This document shows positions 10,543 through 20,636 of a DNA stretch of 64,000 nucleotides, piece by piece. A model generated the notes under the pieces. The model made no database searches. It had not been told where the DNA came from and saw only the letters and a program-made list of their open reading frames with translations. The first letter of the stretch is position 1. Each line of letters begins with the position of its first letter. This stretch comes from Comamonas sp. (lineage in GTDB: Bacteria > Pseudomonadota > Gammaproteobacteria > Burkholderiales > Burkholderiaceae_C). The position numbers and the translations under genes are program-made. The DNA lies in assembly GCA_021166775.1 (NCBI GenBank), contig JAJPEQ010000011.1:134515-198514 (forward strand). The letters are read 5' to 3'.

Positions 10543-11538
10543 ATGGACGAGCAAGGCCTCAACGACGCCGCCGTCTTGCTGATGTCCCTCGGCGAGGAGG
10601 AGGCGGCCGAAGTCTTCAAGCACCTCTCGCCCAAGGAGGTGCAGAAGCTCGGCGAGACGATCGCGCGCATGCGCACCGTCTCGCACGAGCGTGTGACCGA
10701 GGTGGTCTCCCGTTTCTCCAACGAGGCGGCGGCCCAGAGTCTGCTGGTGTCGGACACCAGCAACTACGTGCGCGCGGTGCTCAGAAGGGCGCTGGGCGAC
10801 GACAAGGCGGCGCTGCTGATCGATCGCATCCTGCAGGGCGGCGACGTCTCGGGCATCGAGAGCCTCAAGTGGATGGATCCGCTCGCGGTGGCCGAGTTGC
10901 TGCGCAACGAACATCCGCAGATCATCGCGGCTATCCTGGTGCACCTGGACCCGGACCACGCCGCCGACATCCTCATGCAGCTCACCGACCGCCAGCGCGG
11001 CGAGATCATGCTGCGCATCGCGACGCTGGAGGGCATCCAGCCCACGGCCCTCAGGGACCTGAACGAAGTGCTGTTCAAGGTGCTCGCCGGTGGCGACAAG
11101 GTGCGCAAGAGTTCGCTGGGCGGCGTCAAGGCCGCGGCGGAAATCGTCAATCTGTTTCGCGGGGGCGTGGACGGCGTGGTGCTGGAGAGCATTCGCGAGC
11201 AGGATGCCGAGCTCGCGCAGAAGATCATGGACAAGATGTTCGTGTTCGACGACGTGCTCAAGCTCGATGACCGCGCCATTCAGACCGTGCTGCGCGAGGT
11301 GGCCTCCGAAACCTTGGTCGTGGCCCTCAAGGGCGCCCAGCCCGAGTTGCGCGAAAAATTCCTCAAGAACATGTCCACGCGCGCCGCCGAGGCGATGCGC
11401 GAGGATCTCGAGTCGCGCGGGCCGATCCGCCTGTCCGAAGTGGAAGCGCAGCAAAAGGAAATCCTCAAGACCGTGAGGCGCCTGTCCGACGAGGGACAGA
11501 TCGCCATTTCCAGTGGCGCCGACGACGCCTTTGTCTGA
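10543..11538 (+). CDS. fliG: Flagellar motor switch protein FliG
   Basis: AAVLLMSLGEE, EHPQIIA, MFVFDD motifs. Confidence 0.97.
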   Translation: MDEQGLNDAAVLLMSLGEEEAAEVFKHLSPKEVQKLGETIARMRTVSHERVTEVVSRFSNEAAAQSLLVSDTSNYVRAVLRRALGDDKAALLIDRILQGGDVSGIESLKWMDPLAVAELLRNEHPQIIAAILVHLDPDHAADILMQLTDRQRGEIMLRIATLEGIQPTALRDLNEVLFKVLAGGDKVRKSSLGGVKAAAEIVNLFRGGVDGVVLESIREQDAELAQKIMDKMFVFDDVLKLDDRAIQTVLREVASETLVVALKGAQPELREKFLKNMSTRAAEAMREDLESRGPIRLSEVEAQQKEILKTVRRLSDEGQIAISSGADDAFV

Positions 11539-11553
11539 CGGCGGCGAGCAAGC

Positions 11554-12276
11554 ATGTCCAACTCCAGCACCCGCAACTACACCCGCTTCATTCCCGGCGA
11601 GGAAATCGCGGAGGCGGTGCAGTGGCAGTTTGGCGAGGTGGGCGACGGCGATATGGCGCTGTTGCCGCTCAAGAGCGCTGCGGCGCAGGTGACGCCCGAG
11701 CCCGAGGTGGCGTACGACGCCGAAGAGCAGCTGCGGCGGGTGCACGATGCCGCCCTGGCCGAGGGGATGCGCCAGGGGCATGCTCAGGCAACGCAGGAAT
11801 GGCAGCAGCGTCTGGATGATTACGTGGCGGGCCAGGGCCGACAGGTGGGTGCGCAGCTGGCCGCCGTGGTTCAGGCGCTGGACGAGAGTTTTTCCGGCCT
11901 GCAGCAGAAGATGGCCGACGAGTTGCTGCAGCTCGGCTGCGACATCGCACGCCAGGTGGTGCGTCAGGAGCTGCAGTCGAATCCGCGCGCTCTGTTGCCG
12001 GTGGTGCGAGAGGCGCTCGCCACCTTCGTGCAGGAGAGCCGCCCGGCGACGGTGCGCTTGAACCCGGCGGACTGGAAGCAGCTCGAATCGGCCTTGCGGG
12101 AAGAGTTTGGCGGCGCGCGCGTGCAGTGGCAGGCCGATCCGGCGGTGGCGCCTGGCGGCTGCCTGCTGGAGTGCGCCGGCGCCACGATCGACGGGTCGCT
12201 CGATACCCGCTGGCGCCGGGCCATTGCGGCGCTCGGACTGGTGTCTGCGTGGCGGGAGATGGACGATGCCGATTGA
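11554..12276 (+). CDS. fliH: Flagellar assembly protein FliH
   Basis: Position between fliG and fliI; YTRFIP N-terminus; GGCLLE...IDG C-terminus. Confidence 0.9.
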   Translation: MSNSSTRNYTRFIPGEEIAEAVQWQFGEVGDGDMALLPLKSAAAQVTPEPEVAYDAEEQLRRVHDAALAEGMRQGHAQATQEWQQRLDDYVAGQGRQVGAQLAAVVQALDESFSGLQQKMADELLQLGCDIARQVVRQELQSNPRALLPVVREALATFVQESRPATVRLNPADWKQLESALREEFGGARVQWQADPAVAPGGCLLECAGATIDGSLDTRWRRAIAALGLVSAWREMDDAD

Positions 12277-13672
12277 GACCAGCCAGGCCTGGGAGGATTT
12301 CATGTGCCGGGCACGCGCCCGGGCCGGGGCCGACGTGGCGCTGGCCGCGCACGGCACGCTCACGCGCCTGACGGGGCTGGTGCTGGAGGCCGTGGGCCTG
12401 CGCGTGCCCGTCGGCGCGCAGTGCCTGGTGCGCCAGGGCGCGCAGGAGCCAGTGCTTGCCGAGGTGGTGGGTTTTGCCGCCGACAAGGCCTTTCTGATGC
12501 CCGCGGGCGACATCCACGGCCTCTCCAGTGGCGCGAGCGTGGTGCCGGCGCAGGCCTATGTGCCTCCCCTGCGCCTGGGCGCTGCGGCGGCGCAGGAGCC
12601 GCAGCCGAGCGGCGTGGGGGTGCTGCGCCTGCCGCTTGGGGATGGTTTGCTGGGGCGCGTGGTCGATGCGCAGGGCGAGCCGCTCGACCACATGGGGGCC
12701 TTGGAGCACGTGGCCGCGCGGCCGCTGGCGCGTGAACCGATCAATGCGATGGAGCGCGCCCCGGTGCGCGAGCCGCTCGATACCGGCGTGCGTGCCATCA
12801 ACGCCCTGCTGACCGTCGGGCGCGGCCAGCGCCTGGGTCTGTTCGCCGGCTCCGGGGTGGGCAAGAGCGTGCTGCTGGGCATGATGGCGCGCTACACCCG
12901 CGCGGACGTGATCGTCGTCGGATTGATCGGCGAGCGCGGGCGCGAGGTCAAGGAATTCGTCGAGGACATCCTCGGGCCGCAGGACCGCGGGCGCGCCGTG
13001 GTCGTTGCCGCGCCTGCCGATGCGCCGCCGCTCCTGCGCATGCAGGGGGCAGCCTACGCGACGGCGGTGGCCGAATATTTTCGCGATCAGGGCAAGCACG
13101 TGCTGCTGCTCATGGATTCACTCACCCGCTACGCCATGGCGCAGCGCGAGATTGCGCTGGCCATCGGCGAGGCGCCCGCCACCAAGGGCTACCCGCCGAG
13201 CTGCTTTGCCAAGCTGCCCAGGCTCGTGGAGCGCAGCGGCAATGGCTTGGGCGGCGTGGGGTCGATCACCGCGTTCTACACCGTGCTGACGGAAGGCGAT
13301 GACCAGCAGGACCCGATCGCGGACGCCTCGCGCGCCATTCTCGATGGCCACATCGTGCTCTCGCGAGCGCTGGCCGAAGGCGGTCATTACCCCGCGATCG
13401 ACATCGAGCAATCGGCCTCGCGCGTGATGGTCAACGTCGTTTCGCCGGAACACTTCGAGCTGGCGCGCGACTTTCGGGCCACCTGGTCGCTCTACCAGAA
13501 AAGCAGCGATCTCATCCAGGTGGGCGCGTATGTGAGCGGCTCCGATGCGCAGCTGGACGAGGCCATTCGGCTGTACCCCGGCATGCGTGGCTTCCTGCAG
13601 CAGGACATGCGCACGCCCGCGCCCATGAACGAGAGCCTCGCTGCCATGGTGGCGGCGCTCGAGCGTCACTGA
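12266..13672 (+). CDS. fliI: Flagellar export ATPase FliI
   Basis: Walker [26 protein letters not shown]. Confidence 0.97.
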   Translation: MPIETSQAWEDFMCRARARAGADVALAAHGTLTRLTGLVLEAVGLRVPVGAQCLVRQGAQEPVLAEVVGFAADKAFLMPAGDIHGLSSGASVVPAQAYVPPLRLGAAAAQEPQPSGVGVLRLPLGDGLLGRVVDAQGEPLDHMGALEHVAARPLAREPINAMERAPVREPLDTGVRAINALLTVGRGQRLGLFAGSGVGKSVLLGMMARYTRADVIVVGLIGERGREVKEFVEDILGPQDRGRAVVVAAPADAPPLLRMQGAAYATAVAEYFRDQGKHVLLLMDSLTRYAMAQREIALAIGEAPATKGYPPSCFAKLPRLVERSGNGLGGVGSITAFYTVLTEGDDQQDPIADASRAILDGHIVLSRALAEGGHYPAIDIEQSASRVMVNVVSPEHFELARDFRATWSLYQKSSDLIQVGAYVSGSDAQLDEAIRLYPGMRGFLQQDMRTPAPMNESLAAMVAALERH

Positions 13673-13683
13673 CGCAGCCCATC

Positions 13684-14148
13684 ATGGCGGCGCACAAGGC
13701 TTTCGAAGTAGCGATCGATCTGGCAAGGCGCCAGCGCGATGCGGCGCGCCATGCCCTCGTGCAGTTGCGCGGCCAGCGCGGCAAGGCGCAGATGCAGCTC
13801 GATCAGCTCACCGGCTACGCCGCGGAAATTCGCCAGCGCTGGGGTGCGCGCGAGGGCGCAGTGCTGCAGCCCGAGGTGGTGCGCCATCAAAGGCAGTTCC
13901 TGCAGCGGCTGGAGCAGACCATGGAAATGCAGCGTGGTGTGGTGCACGAACTGGAGTTGCGCATCGACCGCGCGGTGGGGGTCCTCGCGACGGCCGAGGC
14001 CCGTCTGATGAGTCTGTGCCATGTGCTGGAGCGGCGCTTGCGCGAAGCGGCGCTCAGGCAGCAGCGGCTCGAGCAGAAGGAAACGGACGAGTTGGCCACG
14101 CAGCGGCATGGGCGTGGCAGGGGCCGTCAATTGCTACAGGGAATTTGA
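13684..14148 (+). CDS. fliJ: Flagellar export chaperone FliJ
   Basis: Coiled-coil protein after fliI; EQKETDE motif. Confidence 0.85.
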   Translation: MAAHKAFEVAIDLARRQRDAARHALVQLRGQRGKAQMQLDQLTGYAAEIRQRWGAREGAVLQPEVVRHQRQFLQRLEQTMEMQRGVVHELELRIDRAVGVLATAEARLMSLCHVLERRLREAALRQQRLEQKETDELATQRHGRGRGRQLLQGI

Positions 14149-14151
14149 GCC

Positions 14152-15570
14152 ATGGAACAAGTACGCATGCCATCCGCGCAGCCCAAGGCTGCATCCAAGG
14201 CGTCTGCCACGAACGCGCCGGCTGAGGATGACAAATCCGAAGCAGGCGGTGTGACCGGTGCGCGCAAGGATGGGTTTGCCCTGCTTCTGGCGGCGCTTGA
14301 TGGCGCCGCGCCCGCGCAGCCGCTGGCAGCGCCCGGCGACACGGTGGTGCTTGGAACACCGACCACCGGGGTGCAAGCCCCCTTGGGCGATGCCGCCGCG
14401 GACGATGCAGCCCTGACGCTCCAATCGCCCGACAAGTCCCGCTTGGTCGCGAAGAACGTGAAAGAAGTGAAGGACGCGAAAGACACGACAGCCGGGGCTG
14501 GCGCCGGGCACGCCGCCGCGGCCGTAGGTGACGCGAAGCCGGCCGATGCCCCGGCGGATGCGCTGGCGCACGCTTCGCTGCAGGACCACTTGAACATGCT
14601 CCTGGATCAGGGGCGTCATGCGCTGGTGGGGCAAGGGCTGGGGCCAGATGTCATGATTCATGAAACCGCGCGCCTCGATGCGGCCGTGCAGCCGGCGTTG
14701 GGGGCGGCCGCACGCCGGGTCGGTCCCGGCGTGGCGCGGTCGGCCGGACAGGCGCCGGGGATGTTGCCGCAGGCTGTGGCGACGTCGATCGGTGCCGACG
14801 GCGAGGGTGCGGCGGCGTCCGCCGGCGTCGGCGGCGCCTCAGGTGCCACACATGCGGCTGCGGCGGGTCAGGAACTGCTCAAATCCGTGCTGGAGAAGAT
14901 GCCTGTGGGTGACCCCCGCGTGTCATTGCAGCAGGCGGGTGCCACGGGAGCGCCGGCGACCGCGGCCCATGTCTGGGCTTCCCCGGCGCCGGTGGCGGCG
15001 GACGCCGCCGTGGGGCATGCGGCACGCGTCGACTCGGGGGCCGGGGCGCAGGGCAGTGCCGGCTCCGGCGCAGGGGCGGGGGCGGGGGCGGCGCCCGTGC
15101 CGCCGCAGGGCGCCAGCGCGAGCGATCTTGCCGGTGGCGCGGGACAGGATGGGGCATTGCCGGGCAGCTTCATGGAACAGCTCGGTGAACAGGTGGCCTT
15201 CTGGGTGCACCAGAAGAGCCAGCGCGCGGAATTCACACTCGATCGCGACGGCCAGGCCGTGCAGGTGCAGTTGAGCCTCACCGGCGACGTGGCCAAGGTG
15301 ACCTTTCTGACCGACCATGCGGCGGCGCGGCAGGCGCTGGATGCGGGCATCGACGATCTGAGGCAGCGCTTGCACGAGCAGGGGCTGGCGCTTGCGGACG
15401 TCAATGTCGGCGTGGCGGGCGAGCAGGGCGGCAGCACCCCGGGCCAGGGGGGCGCACATCACCCGCACCCCGCTGCGGCGGCGGGCACGGTACGGGTCGA
15501 GGCGGCTGAACCGGTCGCGGGAGCCGGCCCGCGTGCCGCGGGCCACCGGGCGCTTGACGTCTTCGTCTGA
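14152..15570 (+). CDS. fliK: Flagellar hook-length control protein FliK
   Basis: Low-complexity Ala/Gly/Pro N-terminus; C-terminal FliK domain; ends LDVFV. Confidence 0.85.
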   Translation: MEQVRMPSAQPKAASKASATNAPAEDDKSEAGGVTGARKDGFALLLAALDGAAPAQPLAAPGDTVVLGTPTTGVQAPLGDAAADDAALTLQSPDKSRLVAKNVKEVKDAKDTTAGAGAGHAAAAVGDAKPADAPADALAHASLQDHLNMLLDQGRHALVGQGLGPDVMIHETARLDAAVQPALGAAARRVGPGVARSAGQAPGMLPQAVATSIGADGEGAAASAGVGGASGATHAAAAGQELLKSVLEKMPVGDPRVSLQQAGATGAPATAAHVWASPAPVAADAAVGHAARVDSGAGAQGSAGSGAGAGAGAAPVPPQGASASDLAGGAGQDGALPGSFMEQLGEQVAFWVHQKSQRAEFTLDRDGQAVQVQLSLTGDVAKVTFLTDHAAARQALDAGIDDLRQRLHEQGLALADVNVGVAGEQGGSTPGQGGAHHPHPAAAAGTVRVEAAEPVAGAGPRAAGHRALDVFV

Positions 15571-15597
15571 TCCGTGTCCGAGGCCTCGGGGTGAAGC

Positions 15598-15660
15598 GGC
15601 GTAAGCGCCCTGTTTGCCGCCCTATTCTGGCTATCATCGCGCGGCACCCCGCCCAATAAT
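15598..15660 (+). promoter_or_regulatory. Putative class II (FlhDC-type) flagellar promoter upstream of fliL
   Basis: TAA(15602)-N18-TATT(15623)-N28-AATAAT(15655), matching the fliF upstream layout. Confidence 0.5.
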
Positions 15661-15744
15661 CCATGCAAGGTCCGGTGGTGCCTGCCAGAGGCACTGCCGC
15701 GCCGACCGACCCTTGGCGCCTAGCTGGCGCGAGAAAGTTCGCAC

Positions 15745-16335
15745 GTGGCCGAAGAAACTGCTGCACCCGCACCGGCGCCTGTCAAAGGCAAGAAGAAATG
15801 GCTTCTGATCATCATCGCGCTGGTCGTGGTGCTTGCGATCGCGGCCGCCGGCGTGCTGTGGTTCCTGGCCAAGCAGCGCAGCGCGCCTCTGGATGGCGAG
15901 GGCGGCGACGAGTCCGCGGCGCAGATCGAGGAGTCCAAGACGCCGCCGACCTTCCTGCCCATGGACAACATGGTGGTCAATCTTGCCGATCCCGGCGGTG
16001 AGCGCTTTGCGCAGGTGGGCATCACGTTCGAACTGAGCGACGGCAAGACGGCCGAGAAGGTGAAGTCGCTGATGCCGACGATACGCAGCAGAGTGCTGCT
16101 GCTGCTTTCGCAGCGCTCGGCCGAGGATCTGCTCTCGCGCGAAGGCAAGGAAAGGCTCGCGGTCGACATTCGCGGCGAAGTGCTTGGTGCGCTGGGTTAT
16201 GCGTCGCCCAAGGTGAAAACGGCCAGGCAGCGCGCCGCCGATGGCGAGGACGAGGCCGCGAAGTCGCGCAAGACCGCGGTGGACCACGATGCACCGGTAC
16301 GCGCGGTGCTGTTCTCCAGCTTCATCGTCCAGTAG
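15745..16335 (+). CDS. fliL: Flagellar basal body protein FliL
   Basis: KKK then N-terminal TM; VVNLAD; LFSSFIVQ C-terminus. Confidence 0.93.
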   Translation: MAEETAAPAPAPVKGKKKWLLIIIALVVVLAIAAAGVLWFLAKQRSAPLDGEGGDESAAQIEESKTPPTFLPMDNMVVNLADPGGERFAQVGITFELSDGKTAEKVKSLMPTIRSRVLLLLSQRSAEDLLSREGKERLAVDIRGEVLGALGYASPKVKTARQRAADGEDEAAKSRKTAVDHDAPVRAVLFSSFIVQ

Positions 16336-16359
16336 GCCGTTTGCGACCAGGAGAAAAAC

Positions 16360-17364
16360 ATGGCCGATTCATTTTTGTCCCAGGAAGAAGTGGATGCCCT
16401 GCTGGAAGGGGTCACGGGTGAGAGCCAGAAGAACATCGAGGAAGAAGTCGACGCCAGCGCCATCCGCAATTACGACATTTCCAGCCAGGAGCGCATCGTT
16501 CGCGGGCGCATGCCCACGATGGAAATCGTCAATGAGCGCTTTGCGCGCAACCTGCGCGTGGGCCTTTTCAATTTCGTTCGCCGCAGCCCTGAAATCTCGG
16601 TGGGAACGGTGTCGGTGCAGCGCTACAACGCCTTCCTGCGCGAGATCGTGGTGCCGACCAATTTCAATCTGGTCGCGATTCGCCCGCTGCGCGGCAGCGG
16701 CCTCGTGGTGTGCGAACCCTCGCTCGTTTTCGGCATCGTCGATACGCTCTATGGCGGGGTCGGCAAGTACCAGACGCGCATCGAAGGGCGGGATTTTTCC
16801 GCGACCGAGCAACGCGTGATCCAGCGCATCGTGGACGTGATCACCACCGAATACAAGAAGGCGTGGCAGGGTATCTACCCGCTGGAGCTGACTTATCAGC
16901 GCTCGGAGATGCAGCCGCAGTTCGCGAACATCGCCACGCCCAGCGAGATCGTGGTCTCCACGGCCTTTCACCTCGAGATCGGTGATCTGGCGGGGTCGAT
17001 CCACATCTGCATGCCCTATGCGTCGCTCGAACCGATCCGCGACGTGCTCTATTCCTCCGTGCAGGGCGATGCGATCGAGGTGGACCGGCGCTGGGTCAAG
17101 GTGCTCTCGCGCGAAGTGCAGGCGGCCGAGGTCACGCTGGTGGCGGAGCTGGCGCGCGCCGATGCCACGGTGGAGCAGCTGCTCGCGATGCGCCCGGGCG
17201 ACTTCATCGAACTCGAACGCCAGCCGCGCATCCGCGCGTCGGTGGGCGGCATCGATTTGTTCGCGTGCCAGTACGGCACGCACAACGCGAAATACGCGAT
17301 CCGCATCGAAGAACGTTTACACACCGGCGAAACAGGCTGGACGGGGAACGAGCATGGCCACTGA
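16360..17364 (+). CDS. fliM: Flagellar motor switch protein FliM
   Basis: LSQEEVDALL; RIVRGRMPTMEIVNERFAR. Confidence 0.97.
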   Translation: MADSFLSQEEVDALLEGVTGESQKNIEEEVDASAIRNYDISSQERIVRGRMPTMEIVNERFARNLRVGLFNFVRRSPEISVGTVSVQRYNAFLREIVVPTNFNLVAIRPLRGSGLVVCEPSLVFGIVDTLYGGVGKYQTRIEGRDFSATEQRVIQRIVDVITTEYKKAWQGIYPLELTYQRSEMQPQFANIATPSEIVVSTAFHLEIGDLAGSIHICMPYASLEPIRDVLYSSVQGDAIEVDRRWVKVLSREVQAAEVTLVAELARADATVEQLLAMRPGDFIELERQPRIRASVGGIDLFACQYGTHNAKYAIRIEERLHTGETGWTGNEHGH

Positions 17365-17815
17365 TACCAATACCACCGAAGACGTTGCCGCCGAAGGCGG
17401 CCAGGCCGCGGCCGACGACGCCTTTGCCGACTGGGCCGAGGCGCTCAACGAACAGAAGGCCGCGGACGCTGCCTCGTCCGACGCCGAACAGGGCGGGCCG
17501 CTGGCGGGCGAGCCTGCGCCCCCTTTTGCGGGCGCAGGCGATCCTTCGGTGCAGGACATCAACATGGTGCTGGACATCCCGGTGCAGCTCTCGGTGGAGC
17601 TCGGGCGCACCAAGGTACCGATCAAGTACATCCTGCAGCTGGCACAGGGCTCGGTGGTGGAGCTCGATGCACTGGCGGGCGAACCCATGGACGTGTTGGT
17701 CAATGGCTATCTGATCGCCCAGGGCGAGGTGGTGGTGGTCAACGACAAATTCGGCATTCGCCTCACCGACGTCGTGACGCCCTCGGAGCGGTTGCGCCGT
17801 GTCAGCCGGGGCTAG
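17354..17815 (+). CDS. fliN: Flagellar motor switch protein FliN
   Basis: LDIPVQLSVELGRT; GEVVVVNDKFGIR. Confidence 0.97.
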   Translation: MATDTNTTEDVAAEGGQAAADDAFADWAEALNEQKAADAASSDAEQGGPLAGEPAPPFAGAGDPSVQDINMVLDIPVQLSVELGRTKVPIKYILQLAQGSVVELDALAGEPMDVLVNGYLIAQGEVVVVNDKFGIRLTDVVTPSERLRRVSRG

Positions 17816-18125
17816 TGCGTCCTCGCTCGTCTGGGTGGTGGTGTTCATCGGCGCCATCGCCACGCTGCCATGGCTCGTGCGGCGCTGGCAGCGTGGTCGC
17901 TCGGCGCTGCCGGGTGCGGCATCCGCGGGTTCGCGCGTTCTCTCGTCGGTGGCCGTGGGACCGCAGCAGCGTGTGGTGACCGTGGAAGCCGGCACCGCGC
18001 AGCAGCGCGTGGTGCTGGTGCTGGGGGTCACCGCCGCGCAGATCAATTGTCTCCACGTGCTGCCTGCCTCATCCACGTTCGCTGGCGAGATGGTGGTGGC
18101 GCAAGGCGCGCAAAAGCATGACTGA
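17799..18125 (+). CDS. fliO: Flagellar biosynthesis protein FliO
   Basis: N-terminal [19 protein letters not shown]; between fliN and fliP; start uncertain. Confidence 0.8.
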   Translation: MSAGASASSLVWVVVFIGAIATLPWLVRRWQRGRSALPGAASAGSRVLSSVAVGPQQRVVTVEAGTAQQRVVLVLGVTAAQINCLHVLPASSTFAGEMVVAQGAQKHD

Positions 18126-18882
18126 GCGGCGTCCGCCCCGATCGTGGCTCGTGGCCGCGGCGCTGCTGGCCGCGCTGCCCGCGGGCAGCGCGCTGGCCCA
18201 GCAGGCAGCGGGCACGCTGCCCATCGTGATCGGCTCTGGGCCGGGGGGCAACAGCTACTCCGTGCCGATACAGACGCTGCTGTTCTTCACGGCGCTGTCC
18301 TTCCTGCCGGCGCTGCTGCTCCTGATGACCGGTTTCACGCGCATCGTCATCGTGCTCTCGCTGCTGCGCCAGGCGCTGGGCACGCAGGCGGCGCCGCCCA
18401 ACATGGTGATCATCGGCCTGTCGCTGTTTCTCACGTTTTTCGTGATGGGGCCGACGCTGGACAAGGTCTACCAGGAGGCTTACCTGCCCTATACGCAGAA
18501 CACGCTCACCTTCGAGCAGGCGCTGCCCAAGGCCGAGGCTCCCATGCGCGCTTTCATGCTCAAGCAGACGCGCCAGAGCGACTTCGCGCTGTTCGCGCGT
18601 CTGGCCAAGTTGCCCGCCGACGTCACGGCGGAGACCGCGCCGCTGCGCGTGCTGGTTCCGGCCTTCGTCACGAGCGAGCTCAAATCGGCCTTCCAGATCG
18701 CCTTCATGATCTTCATTCCTTTCCTCATCATCGACATGGTGGTCGCCAGCGTGCTGATGTCGCTCGGGATGATGATGCTCTCGCCCGTGCTCGTGGCGCT
18801 GCCGTTCAAGCTCATGCTGTTCGTGCTGGCCGATGGCTGGAACCTGCTCATGGGCTCGCTCGCCGCGAGCTTCGCCACCTGA
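18118..18882 (+). CDS. fliP: Flagellar export protein FliP
   Basis: [19 protein letters not shown]; [14 protein letters not shown]. Confidence 0.97.
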   Translation: MTERRPPRSWLVAAALLAALPAGSALAQQAAGTLPIVIGSGPGGNSYSVPIQTLLFFTALSFLPALLLLMTGFTRIVIVLSLLRQALGTQAAPPNMVIIGLSLFLTFFVMGPTLDKVYQEAYLPYTQNTLTFEQALPKAEAPMRAFMLKQTRQSDFALFARLAKLPADVTAETAPLRVLVPAFVTSELKSAFQIAFMIFIPFLIIDMVVASVLMSLGMMMLSPVLVALPFKLMLFVLADGWNLLMGSLAASFAT

Positions 18883-18895
18883 TGGAGAACCGCCC

Positions 18896-19165
18896 ATGAC
18901 GGCCCAGTACGTCCTCACCTTTGGCCATCAGGCCCTGATGCTGCTGCTCATGATTGCGCTGCCCGCGCTCGGGGCTGTGATGGTGGTGGGCCTCATCGTC
19001 AGCATCTTCCAGGCCGTGACGCAGGTGCACGAGGCCACGCTCTCCTTTGTGCCCAAGCTCGTGGCGGCGGTGCTCGTCTTTGCGCTGGCGGGGCCGTGGA
19101 TGGTGACGACGCTGGTGGACTACCTGCGCACGACGATAGAGACCATCCCGTCCATCGTCGGATAA
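18896..19165 (+). CDS. fliQ: Flagellar export protein FliQ
   Basis: QAVTQVHEATLSFVPK. Confidence 0.95.
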   Translation: MTAQYVLTFGHQALMLLLMIALPALGAVMVVGLIVSIFQAVTQVHEATLSFVPKLVAAVLVFALAGPWMVTTLVDYLRTTIETIPSIVG

Positions 19166-19176
19166 GCCGTCTCGCC

Positions 19177-19944
19177 GTGCTGACCTTCAACGAGGCACAG
19201 CTCATGGCGTGGGTATCGCCCCTGCTGTGGCCCTTTTTGCGCGTGCTGGCGATGTTCACGGCTGCGCCTATCTTTTCCATGCGCGCCATTCCCTTGCGCC
19301 TGAAGATCGCGCTGGCTTTCCTCGTGGCGGTGTGCGCCCAGGCCGCGCTGCCGGATCAGCCGGTGGTGGCCATCGATTCTTCCGCCGCCTGGGGCGCCAT
19401 CGTGCAGCAGGTGGGCGTGGGCCTGTCCATCGGCTTTGCGGTGCGGCTGGTGTTCGTGGCCATCGAACTGGCCGGCGAGGTGATCGGTCTGCAGATGGGC
19501 TTGAACTATGCGTCGTTCTTCGATCCCTCGAGCAATTCGCAGCGCGGGGCGCTCACGAGCTTTTACAGCAACATCGCGATGTGGCTGTTCGTCGTCGTCA
19601 ATGGCCATCTCATGGTGCTCATGGCGGTGCTCAAGAGCTTCCAGGCCTTTCCCGTCGATGGAAACTTCATGCAGGCGGTGGCCCGGATGCGCCTGCAGGA
19701 TCTGGGCGCGGGCCTGTTTTCCAGCGCGCTCTGGATCGCGCTCCCGCTGGTGGCCCTGCTGCTCTTCGTCAACCTGACCATGGGCATCATCTCGCGCGTG
19801 GCGCCGCAGACCAACATCTACGCCGTGGGCTTTCCGGTCACGATCACCGTGGGGTTGCTGGGCATCACGGCGACGCTGCCCATGCTGGAGCAGCCGCTGC
19901 TGACCTTGCTGCAGCAGTCCATCGATCTGTTTGGCGGCCACTGA
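19177..19944 (+). CDS. fliR: Flagellar export protein FliR
   Basis: GEVIGLQMGL; RVAPQTNIYAVGFP. Confidence 0.95.
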   Translation: MLTFNEAQLMAWVSPLLWPFLRVLAMFTAAPIFSMRAIPLRLKIALAFLVAVCAQAALPDQPVVAIDSSAAWGAIVQQVGVGLSIGFAVRLVFVAIELAGEVIGLQMGLNYASFFDPSSNSQRGALTSFYSNIAMWLFVVVNGHLMVLMAVLKSFQAFPVDGNFMQAVARMRLQDLGAGLFSSALWIALPLVALLLFVNLTMGIISRVAPQTNIYAVGFPVTITVGLLGITATLPMLEQPLLTLLQQSIDLFGGH

Positions 19945-20006
19945 GGCTGGCGGGCCGCCGGTAGCCTGGACAACAACAAGATCGAGTGACGCAGTGGGTT
20001 TCAGCG

Positions 20007-20636
20007 CTATACGAGCTTGTTGCGTATTGCATAGACCGTGAGCTCGGCGTTGTTGCTCAGGTGCAGCTTGGTCAGGACCCGCGCACGGTAGACGCTCACC
20101 GTCTTGGGGCTCAGGACGAGTTCCTGCGCGATGTCCGACAGGCGCTTGCCCGATGCGATCTTCACCAGTGTCTGCAGTTCGCGCTCCGACAGTGCCTCGT
20201 GCGGCAGTTCGCGCTCGGGTTGCGAGAGGCTGTCGGCCAGCAACTGGGCCACTTCCGGCGTCAGATATTTGCGTCCCTGCACCACGGTATGCACTGCATC
20301 GATCAGGGCCAGCGGGTCGCTGGCCTTGTTGGCGTATCCGTGCGCCCCCGCCCTGATGGCGCGCAGCGCGTATTGATCCTCCGGGTACATGGAGACGATC
20401 AGCACCTTGATCGACGGATGGCTTTCCTGGAGGCTGGAGAGGATCTCCAGGCCGCTTCGCCCTGGAAGGTTGACGTCCAGCAGCAGCACGTCGCATGGGG
20501 CGTGCCGCAGCAGCTCCTTGAGTTCGGTGTAGCTGCCCGCCTCGCCTGTGACCCGCATGTCGGCCGATTCGGCCAGGGTGTCGCGGATGCCCCGGCGGAC
20601 CAGGGCGTGGTCGTCGCACAAAATCACGTGAATCAT
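20007..20636 (-). CDS. NarL/LuxR-family response regulator
   Basis: REC domain (DDH, LLDVNLPG) plus LSERELQ..SPKTV HTH. Confidence 0.93.
   Translation of the reverse strand: MIHVILCDDHALVRRGIRDTLAESADMRVTGEAGSYTELKELLRHAPCDVLLLDVNLPGRSGLEILSSLQESHPSIKVLIVSMYPEDQYALRAIRAGAHGYANKASDPLALIDAVHTVVQGRKYLTPEVAQLLADSLSQPERELPHEALSERELQTLVKIASGKRLSDIAQELVLSPKTVSVYRARVLTKLHLSNNAELTVYAIRNKLV

Noticed and set aside
14152-15570. Gly/Ala repeats in fliK as a novel repeat element
   Set aside because: Low complexity is normal for the FliK ruler region
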